In this document: positions 25,816 through 41,220 of the stretch, in pieces | Numbering within the stretch: position 1 is the stretch's first letter | Layout of the letters: each line of letters begins with the position of its first letter | Source: Octopus sinensis | Lineage: Eukaryota | DNA: 64,000 bases | Assembly: GCF_006345805.1 (NCBI RefSeq) | Contig: NC_043008.1 | Span: 40,796,001 to 40,860,000, forward strand | Direction of reading: 5' to 3' | Notes under the pieces: generated by a model | The model's database searches: none | Seen by the model: only the letters and a program-made list of their open reading frames with translations | What the model was told of the DNA's origin: nothing | Translations under genes and position numbers: made by a program

Positions 25816-26719
25816 TCTGCATTGGGCAATATTTGACTATATAGTTTCTCTTTCACAATACTGCCTAATATGAATCAGGCGACTTCTGATCAACTGTTAT
25901 CACAGTAAATAATGTTGTCTTCTTTTACAAACCATGCATTCAGGTTGATGCACCTGTAATCGGAATCCATTTAAAGGGTACGTTTAAACAAAGTCCCTGA
26001 GTTTGGAACGTTGCGGCAAGCTCAACATGTGAAATATTTTGATTTTGATAGCAGAGCATTACTTCAAAAATGACATTAGGTATGGCTCTCACATGAGTAA
26101 CTTCGGCAAAATTCTACAGAAAAAAAAATTGAAACGTATATTTTAGCGGAGATATCCTCTCGATTGTCTGATTTGACAGAAGTATGTTATAGGTAAATGC
26201 GTATTAAATGTATGCACGCGTATAAAAATGGATGGTTGGATGGCTAAATGAGAGATTCAACGTATAGTAGATTATGCAAATTAGCCCGGACCCTACCAGA
26301 ATTACTGCATTTAGGGACCTATTAATATAATTGATGGCTTCCATTTAATTCTTGCAAAAAAAGAAAATGAGAAAATAAGGATTGTTTATCATCTTTATAA
26401 TAGTTCCCACCAGGATAAACTGCTATCTAAATGACCGCAGTGAAAGAAACCAATCTCATATTAAAAGCAGATAGTTCAGTTAAATAGTTTATAGTATCTA
26501 TATTTAATATGTTTTCCGTACGTATACAACTTTTTCTTATGATTTTCTTTTGCTTGTTTTACTCATGCAGTTTTTACCAAAAGAAATAAATATTATAGAC
26601 TTTTTATATTTATTTTATATCGTTCTTCACTGAAAGCTATTGTTATAAATCTCTCATTTTTATTTTTCTCTTTCTCTTTCTCACTCTCTGAACCTGTTGG
26701 TTTTCACATCCTCCTCCCC

Positions 26720-26795
26720 CTCATCATCATCATCATTATCGTCGTCGTCGTCGTCGTCATCATCATCATCATCATCATCATGTTCATCAACAACA
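26720..26795. repeat. (TCA/TCG)n trinucleotide repeat
   Basis: Directly visible. Confidence 0.9.
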
Positions 26796-26809
26796 ATAAC
26801 TGCATCCAG

Positions 26810-26990
26810 GCAGCGAACTAGGAGATTCGTTAGCGCGCGGGGTAAAATGTTTCGCTGCATTTCGTAGCCTTTACGATCTGAGTTCAAATTGCACTGAATT
26901 CAACTTGGTGTTTCATCTTCTAAGGGTTGATAATATAAGGAGCAGTTGAACACTGGGGACGACTGGAAAAGTTAAACAAGAGGATAATAG
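26810..26990 (+). mobile_element. SINE family C
   Basis: GGCAGCGAACTAGGAGATTCGTTAGC...CTGAGTTCAAAT...TTTCATCTTCTAAGGGTTGATAA...GAACACTGGGG: A/B-box-like head plus conserved central domain. Confidence 0.65.
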
Positions 26991-28048
26991 AAAATACATT
27001 TGCTCTATTCGCTCTTCCTGTGAGAAGGGTTATATCAAAAATAATTGTATCTCAGAATAATGTTCCAACGTATTCTTTGAGGAGAAGTTTTTATCTACTC
27101 GTTGGCATTGAAATGCAATTCTCTATGTAGTCACCATCAGTTGCTCACTGCCCATTGCTTTAGCAACAATGGTCAGGGAGGAACAATGCATATAGTTATT
27201 TTTCACTTGTCTCCCTATAACCTACTATTACTTTTGTATTTTTGTTCATTGATCGCATGATTTAATTTGTTGTTTTTTTTGTTCTTTTGCTGGTTGGGTA
27301 GAATGTATTTTTTGTTTCATCTCGCAATCGGTATTCTTTCTATTCAAGTATATTCATGCGTTTCTAACTCAATATGAGATGGATGAATATCGTGTACAGT
27401 CAATCTGTACGTCATTGTGCGAAATATTATTGTTTCAAAGATTCATTATCATATTCTACCGCACAGGTTTTCACTTACACTACAGATTATAAAATCTTGT
27501 GGCTTCACCGTTCTCTTCCCAAATAACTTTTACCGGATCGTCTACGTTTGTTACCATCAACAAGAAAACTAATTAGTGTTTAGCGTTTGAGTCGTAGATT
27601 TTGCATTTGTTTTCCAAAGTATTTATTTCATCATGCAGTCTTGCCTTGTATATTACTTAAGTAAAACAGTGATAAATTTATGCGTACATAATATTTTAAA
27701 CATTTTATATTGGATTCCTCTCTCACGGATAAGACTCAGATCTAATCATTTGTTTTTTCTCCGGAGTCAATAAAAATGAAAAGTAAAGTAACAGTGACGT
27801 TGAAGGCGTTTGAGTAATTCCTTACAAAATTCAAACATGTTTATATTACATTAAACGAATCATAATAACGCTTTGCTAATAATTTCATAAATGTGAAGTG
27901 TATGTAACTTTTTCTGTTTATTTCCTGATGTAATATATACTAGATAAATTATTCTAAAATGTCTAGAGAAAGTAAAATTCAACTAGAGCGTTCTCGCTAT
28001 ATATGCATAGCTTCAAAATGAAAATTTAAACAACATATAAAAGATATA

Positions 28049-28296
28049 CAGTAACCTGCTGCTATATCACAGTTCATGTATCGCGGTTCACGTATCGCGG
28101 TTCACGTATCGCGATTTATTATTCAAGCTCACGTCGCTCCCTCCGTGATGTTTTGCATTTATAATAAAATAAATACATACAAATTATAAAAATAATAATA
28201 ACAAAATATGCAGTACAGTACGGTTTCTACTTCGAGGATTTTCACCAGTCACGGGGGTTTTGGAACGAAACATCCACGATAGCTGAGGGATTACTG
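28049..28296. mobile_element. Tigger/pogo-like MITE
   Basis: TA|CAGTAACC...GAGGGATTACTG|TA terminal inverted repeats with TA duplication, an internal 14-bp tandem CACGTATCGCGGTT and GGGGGTTTTGGAACG typical of Tigger ends. Confidence 0.75.
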
Positions 28297-30149
28297 TACA
28301 ACAAACATTTTGACTGCTATGTGTATTTTATCAAGTTTGTACGTATTCATGTAGTTTATGAAGAACGAATATCAGATGCTTAAATCATTTCGAAATGACG
28401 TCGAGTGGAAGATGGGGTAAACTCAATATACATACAGAATGTAGTTATCAATCATGTCTCTCCTTCATAAGTAAACTATCTCAAACTAATTCACTCTAAC
28501 GTGGATACGCTTCTTTAAATTATTGTATAAGGAACCACTCTGGGCCCATATTTCTATTCGAAATATATTCAAATATATTGGAAATGAATTGCATATTGGC
28601 GACGTTGTATTTGCTGATGGAGCTATTGAAATACAGACGGTTTTCTAATACTATGTTGATGAGACTAGCGACCTACTTCTTTTCACACATAGAAGCTTTA
28701 AAGGTTTTCTGAGGTATTTATAATACTCAGTATTTAAGACAGCACATTTCGCTTCTCGTTTGTCGGAAGGACACTTTGTATAGCTAGCTATTATACTGAG
28801 AAATGTTGATTTAACAATTCACTTCAAATTCAGTGTTCCTCTCTACCGCTGCCATTGACATTAATGTACTTTTCTTAAGTGATCTGGAAGGCATATTGAG
28901 AGAGAATGGCGACATTTTATTGATTCATCACTACGGAGATTAGAATGTTTTACGGCATAGAAATTTAAAACCATCTCTCGCCATCGCTCATTCAGTGCAT
29001 TTAAATGTTTTAATATTCAGATCCTTTTTAATGCAATTCAATACCAAGATAGAGTTCCTTTTTACTGCAATCCATTTCAATGACCACCAGTGAAATCTCC
29101 GAGCAGATGTAAAATAATTGTGGAGATGTTAAAGAAACTGTTTTGTTAATGGACATGTTTCTTATGTCTGTGGGGCAAGCTGTTATTGTAGTGCATTATA
29201 AAATAATGACCTTCGAAGTATTTTATGGATTTCAGGAAAAATATCAGTCACTAAGCTCCTTCATTTAAAACAAATTAACTATTTTCTCTCATGTATTTTC
29301 ATTAATGAACGTTCAGTTAAAATATCTATTCGGGACATGGGTAAAATATTAAGAATAAAAGAATGCAATTTTTCTTATATATATTTACAAAATTAGATGC
29401 TGCAAATACTGAAGTGGAAAGTTAAAAGGATCTCCTCTTCTGCAGGAATTCACATATCAACAGTGTGAGGAAACACAGCTACAGTTAAGTTGAAACCATT
29501 GGTATACCTCCCAAATATGGTTGTACTCAGTCATGTCATTCGAGTTTTCATGTGTAGTTGTCACTTTCTTACATAGGAATAGCTATATTGTAGAATTCGT
29601 GGTAAATGTACGCTTTATATATTGATAAGCTATTAAATTAAACACACCAGATTGTTCATTTACAAAATCAAATGAAGTTGCGTTGAAAAAAGTATTGCTG
29701 AAATTTATGGAAAACAAAAGACGTATGAAAAGCAAGCAACTGTATTGGTTTGACGCTCGGGAAAAATATACAGCGTTTTGAACCTACCATATTCAACATA
29801 AAGGAATGAAGAAAATAGACGGAGAATGAAAAAAAAAAACATGTAGATTTCAGCGGTCCAGCATGGCCTCACAATGATCTTCTCAGTATATCTGACATAC
29901 CAGGTAAAATAATTTTTGCACTACAAAATCCGCTTTAATAGCTGTGGTGTTTCTGTTTGTATGTAGTAGACAGTCTCAAAATCTCGTTACATTTTCCCCC
30001 TTAGTTACAGCCTTAGGGTGCTGCTTGTATTACACTTATTACTTTTATCATCATCATCTTTGTTGTTATTGTTGCTGTTGCCGTCGTGGCTGTTGTTGTT
30101 GCTATGTTTTTATCATGGGATTTAGAGAAGGGATTTAGGCAGAAGTGAA

Positions 30150-31000
30150 GAATTTCATGATTTCCAGATTATTTACTTTTGCTAGACTTTCTTAGTGCAC
30201 TCCCGAGGTCTGCAACAGATATATTGTTTTCATATATGCGATTCAATATGTTCACTCTCTGGGACTTGCTTGTGAATCCAAGGAGCACCATAATAGACTT
30301 CTTTGATGTACGACTACATCGATTTCCAAGATGTTGTACTTTCTCCTCCGTGAAAGTTTTAGTACTGATTGGGACTATCCTATTATGTTGGAATATGTTT
30401 GATCTTTTCTCGTGCCCCTTTATTCGCTCTTCATAGATCGGGATACATTGTTGGTTTATTTCGATTCCATCATAGGTTTCAGTCACCCTCTTTTAGCCGT
30501 ATGTTTTATTTATTTTCGGCAACTTATTTCTTTGTATCTTAACATTTTACTCGGTCTTGATGTTCAAGAGGATTTCAAAATCAGATCTGAGTAGGTATGT
30601 TATAATTATAATTCAGTCTTTCCGAGGTGGTTTCCAGGTTACATTTTGAGTCGTTCAGTTTACTTGAACGCGAAGCAATGCATTGGTTATTAAAGCTGAA
30701 GCATTGAATAAATCCTTGGGGGCATTATGATTTACTTCAGTTTCATTCAAGATCGATTTTAAAACTTCACTTACCTTACCTACTATTCTATCATTTTCTT
30801 TTCAGTGGCGAATCCTTGTGATTTCTCTGTTCGATGTGTTTGGCTTTCATTTATTCTGACAGAAATTTTCAAATTCAATGTCAATGTTTCTGCAGCTACT
30901 GTAATGAATCTAGGTGACATAGGCACCGGAAGTAATTTCGTTGAGTTCCTCTGTCTGACTACTACTCGTACTAGGTTCTCTATTTCTTTTGTAAAGATAC
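30150..31000 (-). pseudogene. Degenerate non-LTR retrotransposon ORF fragment, R4/Dong-like pre-RT region
   Basis: Fragments such as IPIYEERIKGHEKRSNIFQHN and IVGKVSEVLKSILNETEVN resemble the R4/Dong region upstream of RT (RYEER....QNR.F..NQ). Multiple stops and frameshifts. Confidence 0.4.
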
Positions 31001-31076
31001 ATTTTAGCCCATTACTTCAAATGTAATATGTTTACTGGCTAGAAGATATATTTTAGTTAGAATATATTCTTTAAAG

Positions 31077-31108
<32 letters not shown>

Positions 31109-32812
31109 TATGTTGGATAAAAATTTGGTCAACAACTTATTTTCGTTATATTTCTTGCAGTTAGTAGGGATTTTCTTCCTTCGATTTAAGTATGATGGAA
31201 AGTGTGTTGCAGTCCAATAGACCACTAAACGCCCTTCCTTTTTTTGATATATGAAGACGATGTGCATGCTGTGCTAATGTCTGGAATTATCTTAATAAAA
31301 TAAAAGACTTTTGCCTATGGTATGGGAAAGGTTCAACCATGAGACAGATCAACTTGACTCAGGATGTTCCGATCGTTAATGGGAGACAATCGTTTGTAAT
31401 AATCTTTGTGTTGTCCTTATTACTAAGGCGGTGTGCATTTATAATTATAGCAAGTGAGACCCCTGACAAGCAGGTAATAAAGTCATTTTTTGTCCTTTAT
31501 AATTTCTTTTTATTATTAAGCAATAATCACTATATTTTGAATGGACTGGTTGCATTATATTACATGAACCAGCAGCGTGTATCTCACTTGCATAGAGGAC
31601 TTTGCTATATGATTACCGAAAGTCCATTTGTAATCACAAATCTGTCGTAGATGTGAATGGGTGATATTAATTGTGTATCTTGTGTAGGCAAGATTGCTAT
31701 GCAGAGACGATATAAAAAGTTCTTAGGTACCATTTCATTGGAACAGGATTTAAATAATCAGTGGAATGAGGTAACTGGAGACAGAGAAAGAATGAGAATC
31801 TGACAGGTGTACTGAGGGAAAATATACAAATATTATTAATCTATAAATAGATTCAGTAGACATTCAAAAGAAAATAAAAAAAGATAATGGAATATTAGAA
31901 AGGATTAAAATTTCATACGTTCTGAAATTCTGCTGCTGTTGATGCTTCGTCTCTGACAGAGCTACTGTCGTTCGAACAGTTTAGGAAGGTCAATATACGG
32001 TCAAAATATTTAACAGAATTAGCAGGAGTTATTGATGTTTACTACATAGCACGTATGCGATTCGTGGTGCATTCGGTAGGAGAAGCAAGCCATGAAGAAA
32101 ACTAGCAAACTTGTTTCAGTTGCTGCTTCTATTCACCTTCACGGATTGATAAATAAGTAAATAAGTATATGCATCATTACTGTGCTTACAACATCTAATA
32201 GGTTTATTTTGCAGTACTATAAATGCAGTTAAACTACTTTACAGAGAACCATGTGGCAAATCGACTCGTTTTTATTTCAGTTACTATTTGTATATGCAAT
32301 CGCCCAAAGAGAACTAAATAAATATTTACAATAGTACTATGTTTATAATTTTTAATGGATGTATGTTACAGCAGAATAATTCCAACTATACCTGCTTAAC
32401 TGTTTTTGAGTGTATTATATGATCGGCAGCGCTTTGCATCTTTCGCAATATTGAAGCTTGTAAAGATTCCAAATCTTCATTTTCTGTAGTTGGTATCAGT
32501 TATAGGGAGTATTCAGAACATTGAGTCTTGAATTTTGAAGCTTGCAGTGAAAGGAATGCAGCCTGAGGTTCTTCAAATTTTCTTAATGATGAAAAGAGAA
32601 ACATTTGCGTGTTCGAGCAGTCAGAGAAAATCTGAGATATTGAAGTTTTAAGTTGATTTTAGTTAGATAACCTGAGGCGCTGTAGAGTCTTCTTGTGTTG
32701 GAAGGGAGAGGTGGTATTCCAGTAGTCAAAAAAATTATATACTCATAGAAAATTGTAAACTTTCAAGTTTTTAAGGTTATTTTGACAACTGGGTTGTAAT
32801 TGCATCTTTGCT

Positions 32813-33007
<195 letters not shown>

Positions 33008-33639
33008 TAATATACACACTGTAGGACATAAAACACACAGGCACTAAAGCGCACGTGCACGGAAACACATTTTAAAACTAGCTCCAGGTAGTATTGGTTG
33101 TCGAAAGTAATGCGCACACGCAGCCTTGTAGGCAGGCGTGTATATATATATATATATATATTCTAAGTCGTGCACACTAACTTGTCTGCGCATGTTTGAA
33201 ATATAGTAAACACATACATACAATAAATACACAATGGACTTATAAATTTCAAGAAACATATATGATTACGCTTTCGGTTTCACATGCACATACGAAATCG
33301 CTTTCTCTCTCTCACGCTAAAATATATAAACACATCAACTAACCTCAGTACATGCAGCTTGTTACATCGTACCAGACATTTAGCGATGTGAAATCGTCTT
33401 TGATTTGTCGTAACTTGCAATGAAATGACGCGAACAATCGAAATGTTTAACTGATTCTCGAAAGGAATATAATAGCTATTATCTAGGTAAATTGTAGCAA
33501 ATTTAAGGATCGTTCAAGAAATTACTTTGTTTCTTGTCTATCTTGGCCACAAGTGTTTGTACCACTCATTGTTTAGTGGTCAGAGGGATACGATACAGAA
33601 TGAGTATCAGCATCAGAAATCCTTCACAGGAAACCGACA

Positions 33640-33972
33640 AAAACCTCTGGGCCGACCAAAGCCTTGTGATTGGATCTAGTAGACAGAAACTCAACAGAAG
33701 CTCATCGTATAATTGTATGTGTGTGTATGTGCGTGTGTTCGTGTGTATTTGTGTGTGTGTGTGTGTGTGTGTGTGTTTGTGTGTGTGTCTGTTTCTTGCC
33801 TCATCCCCGCTTGGCAACCGGTTGGTGTGTTTGCGTCTCCGTAGATTAACGGTTCGCTGGCAGAAATTGATAGAATAAGTATCAGGGTCGATTCGTTCGA
33901 CCAAAATGTCTTCAAGGTGGTGCCCTAGTATAAAGGTGGCCAAATGTCTGAAACAAGTAAAAAATAAAAAAA
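33640..33972 (+). mobile_element. SINE family A, 5'-truncated
   Basis: GGGCCGACCAAAGCCTTGTG...GATAGAATAAGTA...CTGAAACAAGTAAAA. Confidence 0.8.
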
Positions 33973-35373
33973 TTAAATGATTGAGGTGACTCATGCAAAG
34001 AAGATTAAGTTATGCAAGAAAGTATTGAAGAGATTGAAGCGCACAATCCTTTGAAGAAGTTGGCGTTAACTGAAGGAAGTTTTAATGAACAATGTTAGGT
34101 ATGGATACTTCTAAGTCTGTACCATTGAGTACAAAGTCGTAATCAATGCAGCTCAATGTGGAGCTGGCCATGTTTCATCTCATCAAATCTTGTGTTGGTT
34201 TCTCCCTTGCGTTTGAATGGATTGCGTTTCATTTGGGAATTAGACGTACTTTAGAGATGTCAATGTGGTAAATATTCGTTTGTTTTCAATTCAGCTTTAA
34301 ACGTCCATAGTACTGCATATTCTATGTAGGGTTTTACTTCAAGGTGTTTCTGTCTCCAGTTTAAGTAGGTTGAAACAGTATTAGATTTATTTGTGGGGAG
34401 ATATATGGCATGGTAGAATGCCATAATAACTTATTTATTATCTCCCCTAGATCATTTTTCATTCTCTTTCTTTTGGTTATTTTATAACGAGCATGGATGG
34501 CCATCTGTTGGGATATTCCGGTTGAGGGATACTTGCAGATCCTGTATTTCGGGGAGATTTGAACCAGTAGCTGATGTTTCGTATGGAATCTGGTTCATCA
34601 ATCGAGTACGTGGCCATTTGTGTTCCGGTCGAGGACCAATCCGGTTTGTATATTGCTTTATTATCATTCAGTCATGACGGGCTTGGGCGTTGACATTATG
34701 GGGTGAATCTGCCTGTTTAGGGTTAATGTTTTGAGACTACACCGACTTATCTACACGTAAACATTACACGTAATGTAGCTTCTTATGGCTAGCAGATCTG
34801 TATTCATCTGCATTTCTTTGTTAATAGATTTATCTCCGGGCAAAGATTTTGTGGTATTTTAAAACATATGGAGTGTTCAATCTGTCTGTGTTAATTCGAG
34901 ATGTAAAAAAAATAATTATGATCTTGTTTTTTTTGTTAGGTTTTCGCTTCGTTTGTGACCCGTGTTTTCATATGCGTGGATCTTTGTCCTGTAAATTTCA
35001 CGTAGTTATGTAAAGATTGCGATGTATGTTTTCCTATGGGTATCTAAATGAATATATGATTGTGTAGATATTCGAGTGTATGCGTAATTACTCAAGTTAT
35101 GTACTTACTGTTTTGTTCCATTTATATCATACAATTTGTAAACTTTCCTATGTTGATTTCCCGTGTGCGTTTCGCACATTTTTACTGAGACATCGTGCAT
35201 AGGAGAAACTCCGCTTTGTATGGCTGTAAAAGTTCGTTTTTGTGATTATTTTCGTTAAAAGACCGCTTCCTCCCACAGGTCTCGTTATCCCATTCCATCG
35301 ATTTGTTTTTGAATGGAGAACCCTGTGTAGCACATCCACGTTGTTATTCAGCTTGAGACATTCTTTCTTCATT

Positions 35374-35424
35374 TTGTTGTTGTTGTTGTTGTTCTTCTTC
35401 TTCTTTTTTCTTCTTCTTCTTCTA

Positions 35425-35480
<56 letters not shown>

Positions 35481-35665
35481 CATCATCATCATAATCATCC
35501 TCCTCCTTATCATCATCATCACCACCACCATCATCATCATCATCATTATTATTATTGTATTATTATTATTAGTAGTAGTATTGATATTATTATTATTGTT
35601 ACTATTATTATTATTCGTTCTTTTTTCATCATTATAATTACTCTCATCATCTTCATCATCATCAT
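35374..35665. repeat. Compound trinucleotide microsatellite (GTT/CTT/ATT/ATC/ACC/AGT)
   Basis: Directly visible. Confidence 0.95.
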
Positions 35666-36314
35666 TAACTTGCTGCGTAACAAACATTTTGTTTGTTGTG
35701 GCTTGTTGCCAAAGCAATCGTTTCTGTTAATCACGGGAAAATATTGCATTCTTGATTCATGAGAGTTCCAAAATATTTAATTCGTTCAAGATGCAATTAA
35801 TTTTATTCTTTTCCGTTCAGTTTTTATATATTTATTTTTCCTTTTGTTATATATACATTATTTTGGTTTTGTTACTTCTTCTGTTCCAATCATAGTTTCT
35901 TAATATCTGTGTGTACTTGAATACAGTTTGAGGTCACCAGAAGTAGTCAATTGACCTGTTGTAGTTATTTTAGTACAAGTTCAATATTGTAATTCCAGTT
36001 TTATCAGCAGAATTTCTTTTCAAATTCACAAGAGGTTTGAAAATCTTGAGAATATTTTGATCTAGACAAAGTTTGTTTGAATTACTTATTTTTCATCCAC
36101 TACCGTGGAAAGCATGGTTCCTTTGGTACGGCTGCCTGCAAAACATAATTTCGGAAATCATTTAACTTCAAAATATCTAAAACATCTCTGCATTAACGCT
36201 GCGATTTTGTCAGCTGAGGCTAAATTTTAACGTCGAATATGTTTGCTTCCAGCTCTTATAATTGTTTTATAGTTGCATGGGCCAACATCCATATCCTGTG
36301 TATATTAGATTACT

Positions 36315-36725
36315 CTATTCACTCTACTCTTTACTCTTTTAGTTGTTTCAGTCATTTGACTGTGGCCATGCTGGAGCACCGCCTTTAGTCGAGCACATCG
36401 ACCCCAGGACTTACTCTTTGTAAGCCTAGTACTTATTCTATCGGCCTCTTTTGCCGAACCGCTAATTTACGGGGACGTAAACACACCAGCATTGGTTGTC
36501 AAACGATGTTGGAGGGACAAACACAGACACGCATACATGTATATATATATATATACATATACGACGGGTGTCTTTCAATTTCCGTCTACCAAATCCACTT
36601 ACAAGGCTTAGGTGGGCCTGAGGCTATAGTAGAAGACACTTGCCCAAGGAGCCACGCAGTGGGACTGAACCCGGAACCATATAGTTCATAAGCAAGCTAC
36701 GTACCACACACCCACTCCTATGCCT
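36315..36725 (-). mobile_element. SINE family A, full length
   Basis: Closely similar to 6519-6920, with an (ACTCT)n tail. Confidence 0.92.
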
Positions 36726-37522
36726 ATTCAAATCATTTCGCTACAAATATTTCTCCGTCGTAGCTCTTGTACAATGTGTGGACATTTTTTCTAATGTCTT
36801 GCGAATGCCCATTACATAGGATAACGACGCATCCGATTTGTACTGGTTTTAAATATATTTCTTTTGACTGATGCCATTGTATAGTTCTGTTATATATATA
36901 ATACAGCTCATTAAGATTAGATCATAAGTTACTTGGTTGACTCAATAAGAAATCTATACCTCTACTACCAACTTCGAATAAAATCCATTTATTTCTTTTT
37001 CGCAAACTTATAGACATTTTCCAGTTCACGTTACTTTAAGAAATTCCACAATTGACACTTGCTTGTAGGCAATATTTCATCTACTTATGTAATGTTCACT
37101 CTTAGAAAACTGGCACTTAAAATAATTTTGAAAACATTTTAGCTCCACAGACTAACAGTAAATTACAGTGTAGAACGAACGGAAGCATCTTTGAGCGAGA
37201 TAAAAACTTTGGTGTTGAATCACACGGGAAAATCTTAGCGTTGACACTGGTAGTAACTGCTAGTTTATCCACACACTTCAGAAGAGTCAATAGTAACATT
37301 GAAAATATAAGAGACGTTTAAGATTCTTTAAAATGCCTACGGTACCGGGCAGTAATAACAAGTAATGTCTGAGTACGTTTAATCAGGCGATTCTTGTACT
37401 ATACATTTTGGTTAATGTTCAGGACCGATGAGATGGGTCAAGTGGGGAACGGTTCGATGATTGAATATATCATATATGATCAGGGCTACTTATGATTATA
37501 TATCTTTATATCTCTTTGTGAA

Positions 37523-37900
37523 GGCGCAATGGCCCAGTGGTTAGGGCAGCGGTCTCGTGGTCGTAGGATCGCGGTTTCGATTCCCAGACCGGGCGTTGTG
37601 AGTGTTTATTGAGCGAAAACACCTAAAGCTCCACGAGGCTCCGGCAGGGGATGGTGGTGATCCCTGATGTACTCTTTCACCACAAATTTCTCTCACTCTT
37701 TCTTCCTGTTTCTGTTGTACCTGTATTTCAAAGGGCCGGCCTTGTCACTCTCTGTGTCATGCTGAATATCCCCGAGAACTACGTTAAGGGTACACGTGTC
37801 TGTGGAGTGCTCAGCCACTTACATGTTAATTTCCCGAGCAGGCTGTTCCGTTGATCGGATCAACCGGAACCCTCGTCGTCGGAACCGACGGAGTGCTTCC
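37523..37900 (+). mobile_element. SINE family B (tRNA-derived), apparently full length
   Basis: Head GGCGCAATGGCCCAGTGGTTAGGGCAGCGG...GGTTTCGATTCCC has clear A and B boxes; ~375-bp body. Confidence 0.8.
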
Positions 37901-39265
37901 ATTTCATTATATCTCTTTATCCATATTTGTGCGCGTGTGCGTGTGTGTGAGTGTGTGTGTGTGCGCGCGCGCATTTGTGCAAGTGTTTATGTGTTGTAAA
38001 CAAGAATTATTACGAACAATACTATGCATACCTGGAATAAAACCGCAACTGCATATCGAATATTTTATTATAAATGTAGAGGGCTTCTACGTTAACTGTA
38101 ATAGAAATCGCGAACTAATATAAATTAAATTGCGCCCGGCCGGCAGATTGTAGGAATGTTCCTTTGGATTACTTTGTCTTAGGTGTTTAAACGTAAAATT
38201 TCTCGGGTAAGACATCTTTAGTTAATTATAGATCATAAGGTACTAAATTAACTGGCAAAAGGAATATATAAAAATTTAGACAATAACGTTAAAGTAGTGT
38301 GTAAATATATGTCTATTGTTTCTAAGAATTGTTTGCCTTTCCAGGGTATGAGTGAAGAAATCAGAGACTTACCGACAGCATATTTTTTTCAATTACTGAG
38401 AGTAATTCGACACCACACTCGAAATTTTTAGGAGACACTTTCTGTTAAAATTGATCCTATTCAATAACTGTTAAAGTCATTAGTTAGATTTTATCCAAGC
38501 AGAGTTATATCTTAGACCACTAAAATATATTACAGTATATGTAATATTTGAAAACAATGTTTTAACTTTTATGAAAAGCTGAAATTATTCATGGTCGACT
38601 CAGTAGTAGAGTTTCTAAAACACAACGTAGATATACAAATATTAAAACTACATGATACTTTTCGGGTTTTGGCTGTTTATGCTGCTACTGTAAGTTGGAA
38701 AAACGGAATGTTCTGAACGATGTCCAGGGCGGTATAGAAAGTGATTTGCGAAATTTATTCGGAGCTGACTTCAAATCCGGTATCAGAGGATGCTGCATTT
38801 TTATGTCACTGCTGTTAATAAAAGGGTATCGGTAGATAAGCTTTTCGAACTTGGATACAAGTACAGCAGGATTTAGTCGACATCATTGAAGCGTTGACTT
38901 GTCTGGTAATTTTATTCAGCATGAATGAAATGAATTCAGTTAGTTTTAATTTTAACGAACGAGTTGACAGCCTTTTGTTTATCCGACAAAAGTACTCACT
39001 GATTCTCATGCTTGCTTTATCTCTCGCTTTCACGATTTCTCTACGTTTTTTTATCACAAATCTTTTCTCTCTTACATTCCCGATAATATATACACTGAAG
39101 AAAATATACACTTAAAGCTACGAAGAAGATGAATATAATATTAAACAAATGTAATGTGTAATGAAACTACTAAAATGAAAACTGCTAAAACGTTAGAATG
39201 AAGAAGCCTAAAACACACACACACATACGCACAAACACACGCAAGTGAGCACACACACACACACA

Positions 39266-39315
<50 letters not shown>

Positions 39316-40149
39316 TACACTCATCTTATTCGTTTTCTGTTATCGATGTGTTCAAAACGTATTCCGTTCCTTCTGTTTAAAAAGAAATCAAATATATAAT
39401 ATTTATATAAAATGGAATTTTTATTATTATTAATCAGCAGAAGTTACAGAGAGACTCAAGGGCCAAGAGTTTCCTACGTGAGCACATATGAAGGTGTTTG
39501 TAATAAGACGCCTATAAATATGCTGTTCATTGCAAGCGCTAACATCTTTCTAAATTGTGTTCTGTTGTAGGACCTGTTTTATGTACAAGCCAACATTCTT
39601 CCCGGAGAGTGCGCAAGAAATATATATATACGTTCTCTTTAAATTATGTTGGCGATTTGTTATTTGATTTAGCTGCATTTATCGCTTTGCTTTATCTTTT
39701 TTTTTGTTTTTGTTTTTGTTTCTTTTCTTATTTCTAAGGTTTCATTTATTTATCACATTTTTCATTGCTTCTCAGAAAACGAAATGTTATTCGGGGTTTG
39801 TCATGTCGTAATGACATTAAGGAAGGCAAAAAAGAAAACAAACATTCTAACGAAATAACAAAAAAAAGATGAATGAGAGAAGCACAAGTGTTGACATAAA
39901 TGATGGCACACGTGACTCTCTGTGATGGATGGAATAAGATAGAACAAAAATATATATAACGGACGGTAATAGTAGAAAAACAATGTAAATAACTACAGTC
40001 CACAAAGGTACGTTTCTATTCATTTCTCTATCTCTCTCTGTATAACTATAGCAATATGTGCGTCTGTGTATAAATGCACATATATGTACATATATTCTCA
40101 CAAACACACACACACACGCACACTCATACAGATATGCATACATACGTGT

Positions 40150-40333
40150 ATATAAGTCTTGTTTATTTTCGTAAACGTTCCCTTTGTATATATATACATA
40201 TATATATGTATATATATACATATATATATGTATATATATACATATATATATATGTATTATATACATATTATATATTATATATATATTTATATATATATAT
40301 ATAATATATATATACATATATATATATATATTC

Positions 40334-40373
<40 letters not shown>

Positions 40374-40380
40374 GTATATA

Positions 40381-40417
<37 letters not shown>

Positions 40418-40516
40418 TTTCATATATATATAGACATATATATATACGTACATATATAAGTATATATGTATATATATATATTTATATATGTATATATGCA
40501 TATATACTTATATATA

Positions 40517-40551
<35 letters not shown>

Positions 40552-40560
40552 CGTATGCAT
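40150..40560. repeat. Long degenerate (TA)n/(TATG) low-complexity tract
   Basis: Directly visible. Confidence 0.95.
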
Positions 40561-41183
40561 GTTTATACGTATGAATGTATGTGTGCGTATGTGTGTGTGT
40601 GAGTACATATATGTAGATATATACATGTACAATGAGAATTTTGTATAATTGTTTATACACATGTATGTGTGTATGTATGGCTGTGTGTCTATGCATGTGT
40701 GTACTTCTGTGTGTGTGAGTTTGTGCGAGAGAGAGAGAGAGAGAGTGAAAGGGACAACTTACGCTTTTGTATAAATTACACATGTGCATATAAGTACTCC
40801 TGGCGGTGTTTCTTTGTCTTCGTCGATATTCGCACACAAACGCAGACGATAGAACGTGGAAGAGAAAGAATGCCAGGATAATATAAATAAATGAATACAA
40901 GACTGAATTTCAGTCTCATACACATTCATATATTTTCATTCATATTTGCTCGCGCATACACCCTTGAACCCGAAATTACAGGGGCACAAACATACAACCA
41001 CACACTCGCGCGCGTACACGAACATGCACACGTGTGTACAGGCATATGCACACATGCGTACACACACGTACACGCACACATACACACACGCACACATACA
41101 CACACCCCTGAATAGATACATATTTATACATATACATATTTCTATATACAGAGATTGTATCCATGTTTGTGCATATATGTGAA

Positions 41184-41220
<37 letters not shown>

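Noticed and set aside
37523-37585. tRNA gene
   Set aside because: The tRNA-like A/B boxes continue into a 300-bp SINE body and there is no complete cloverleaf or acceptor stem.
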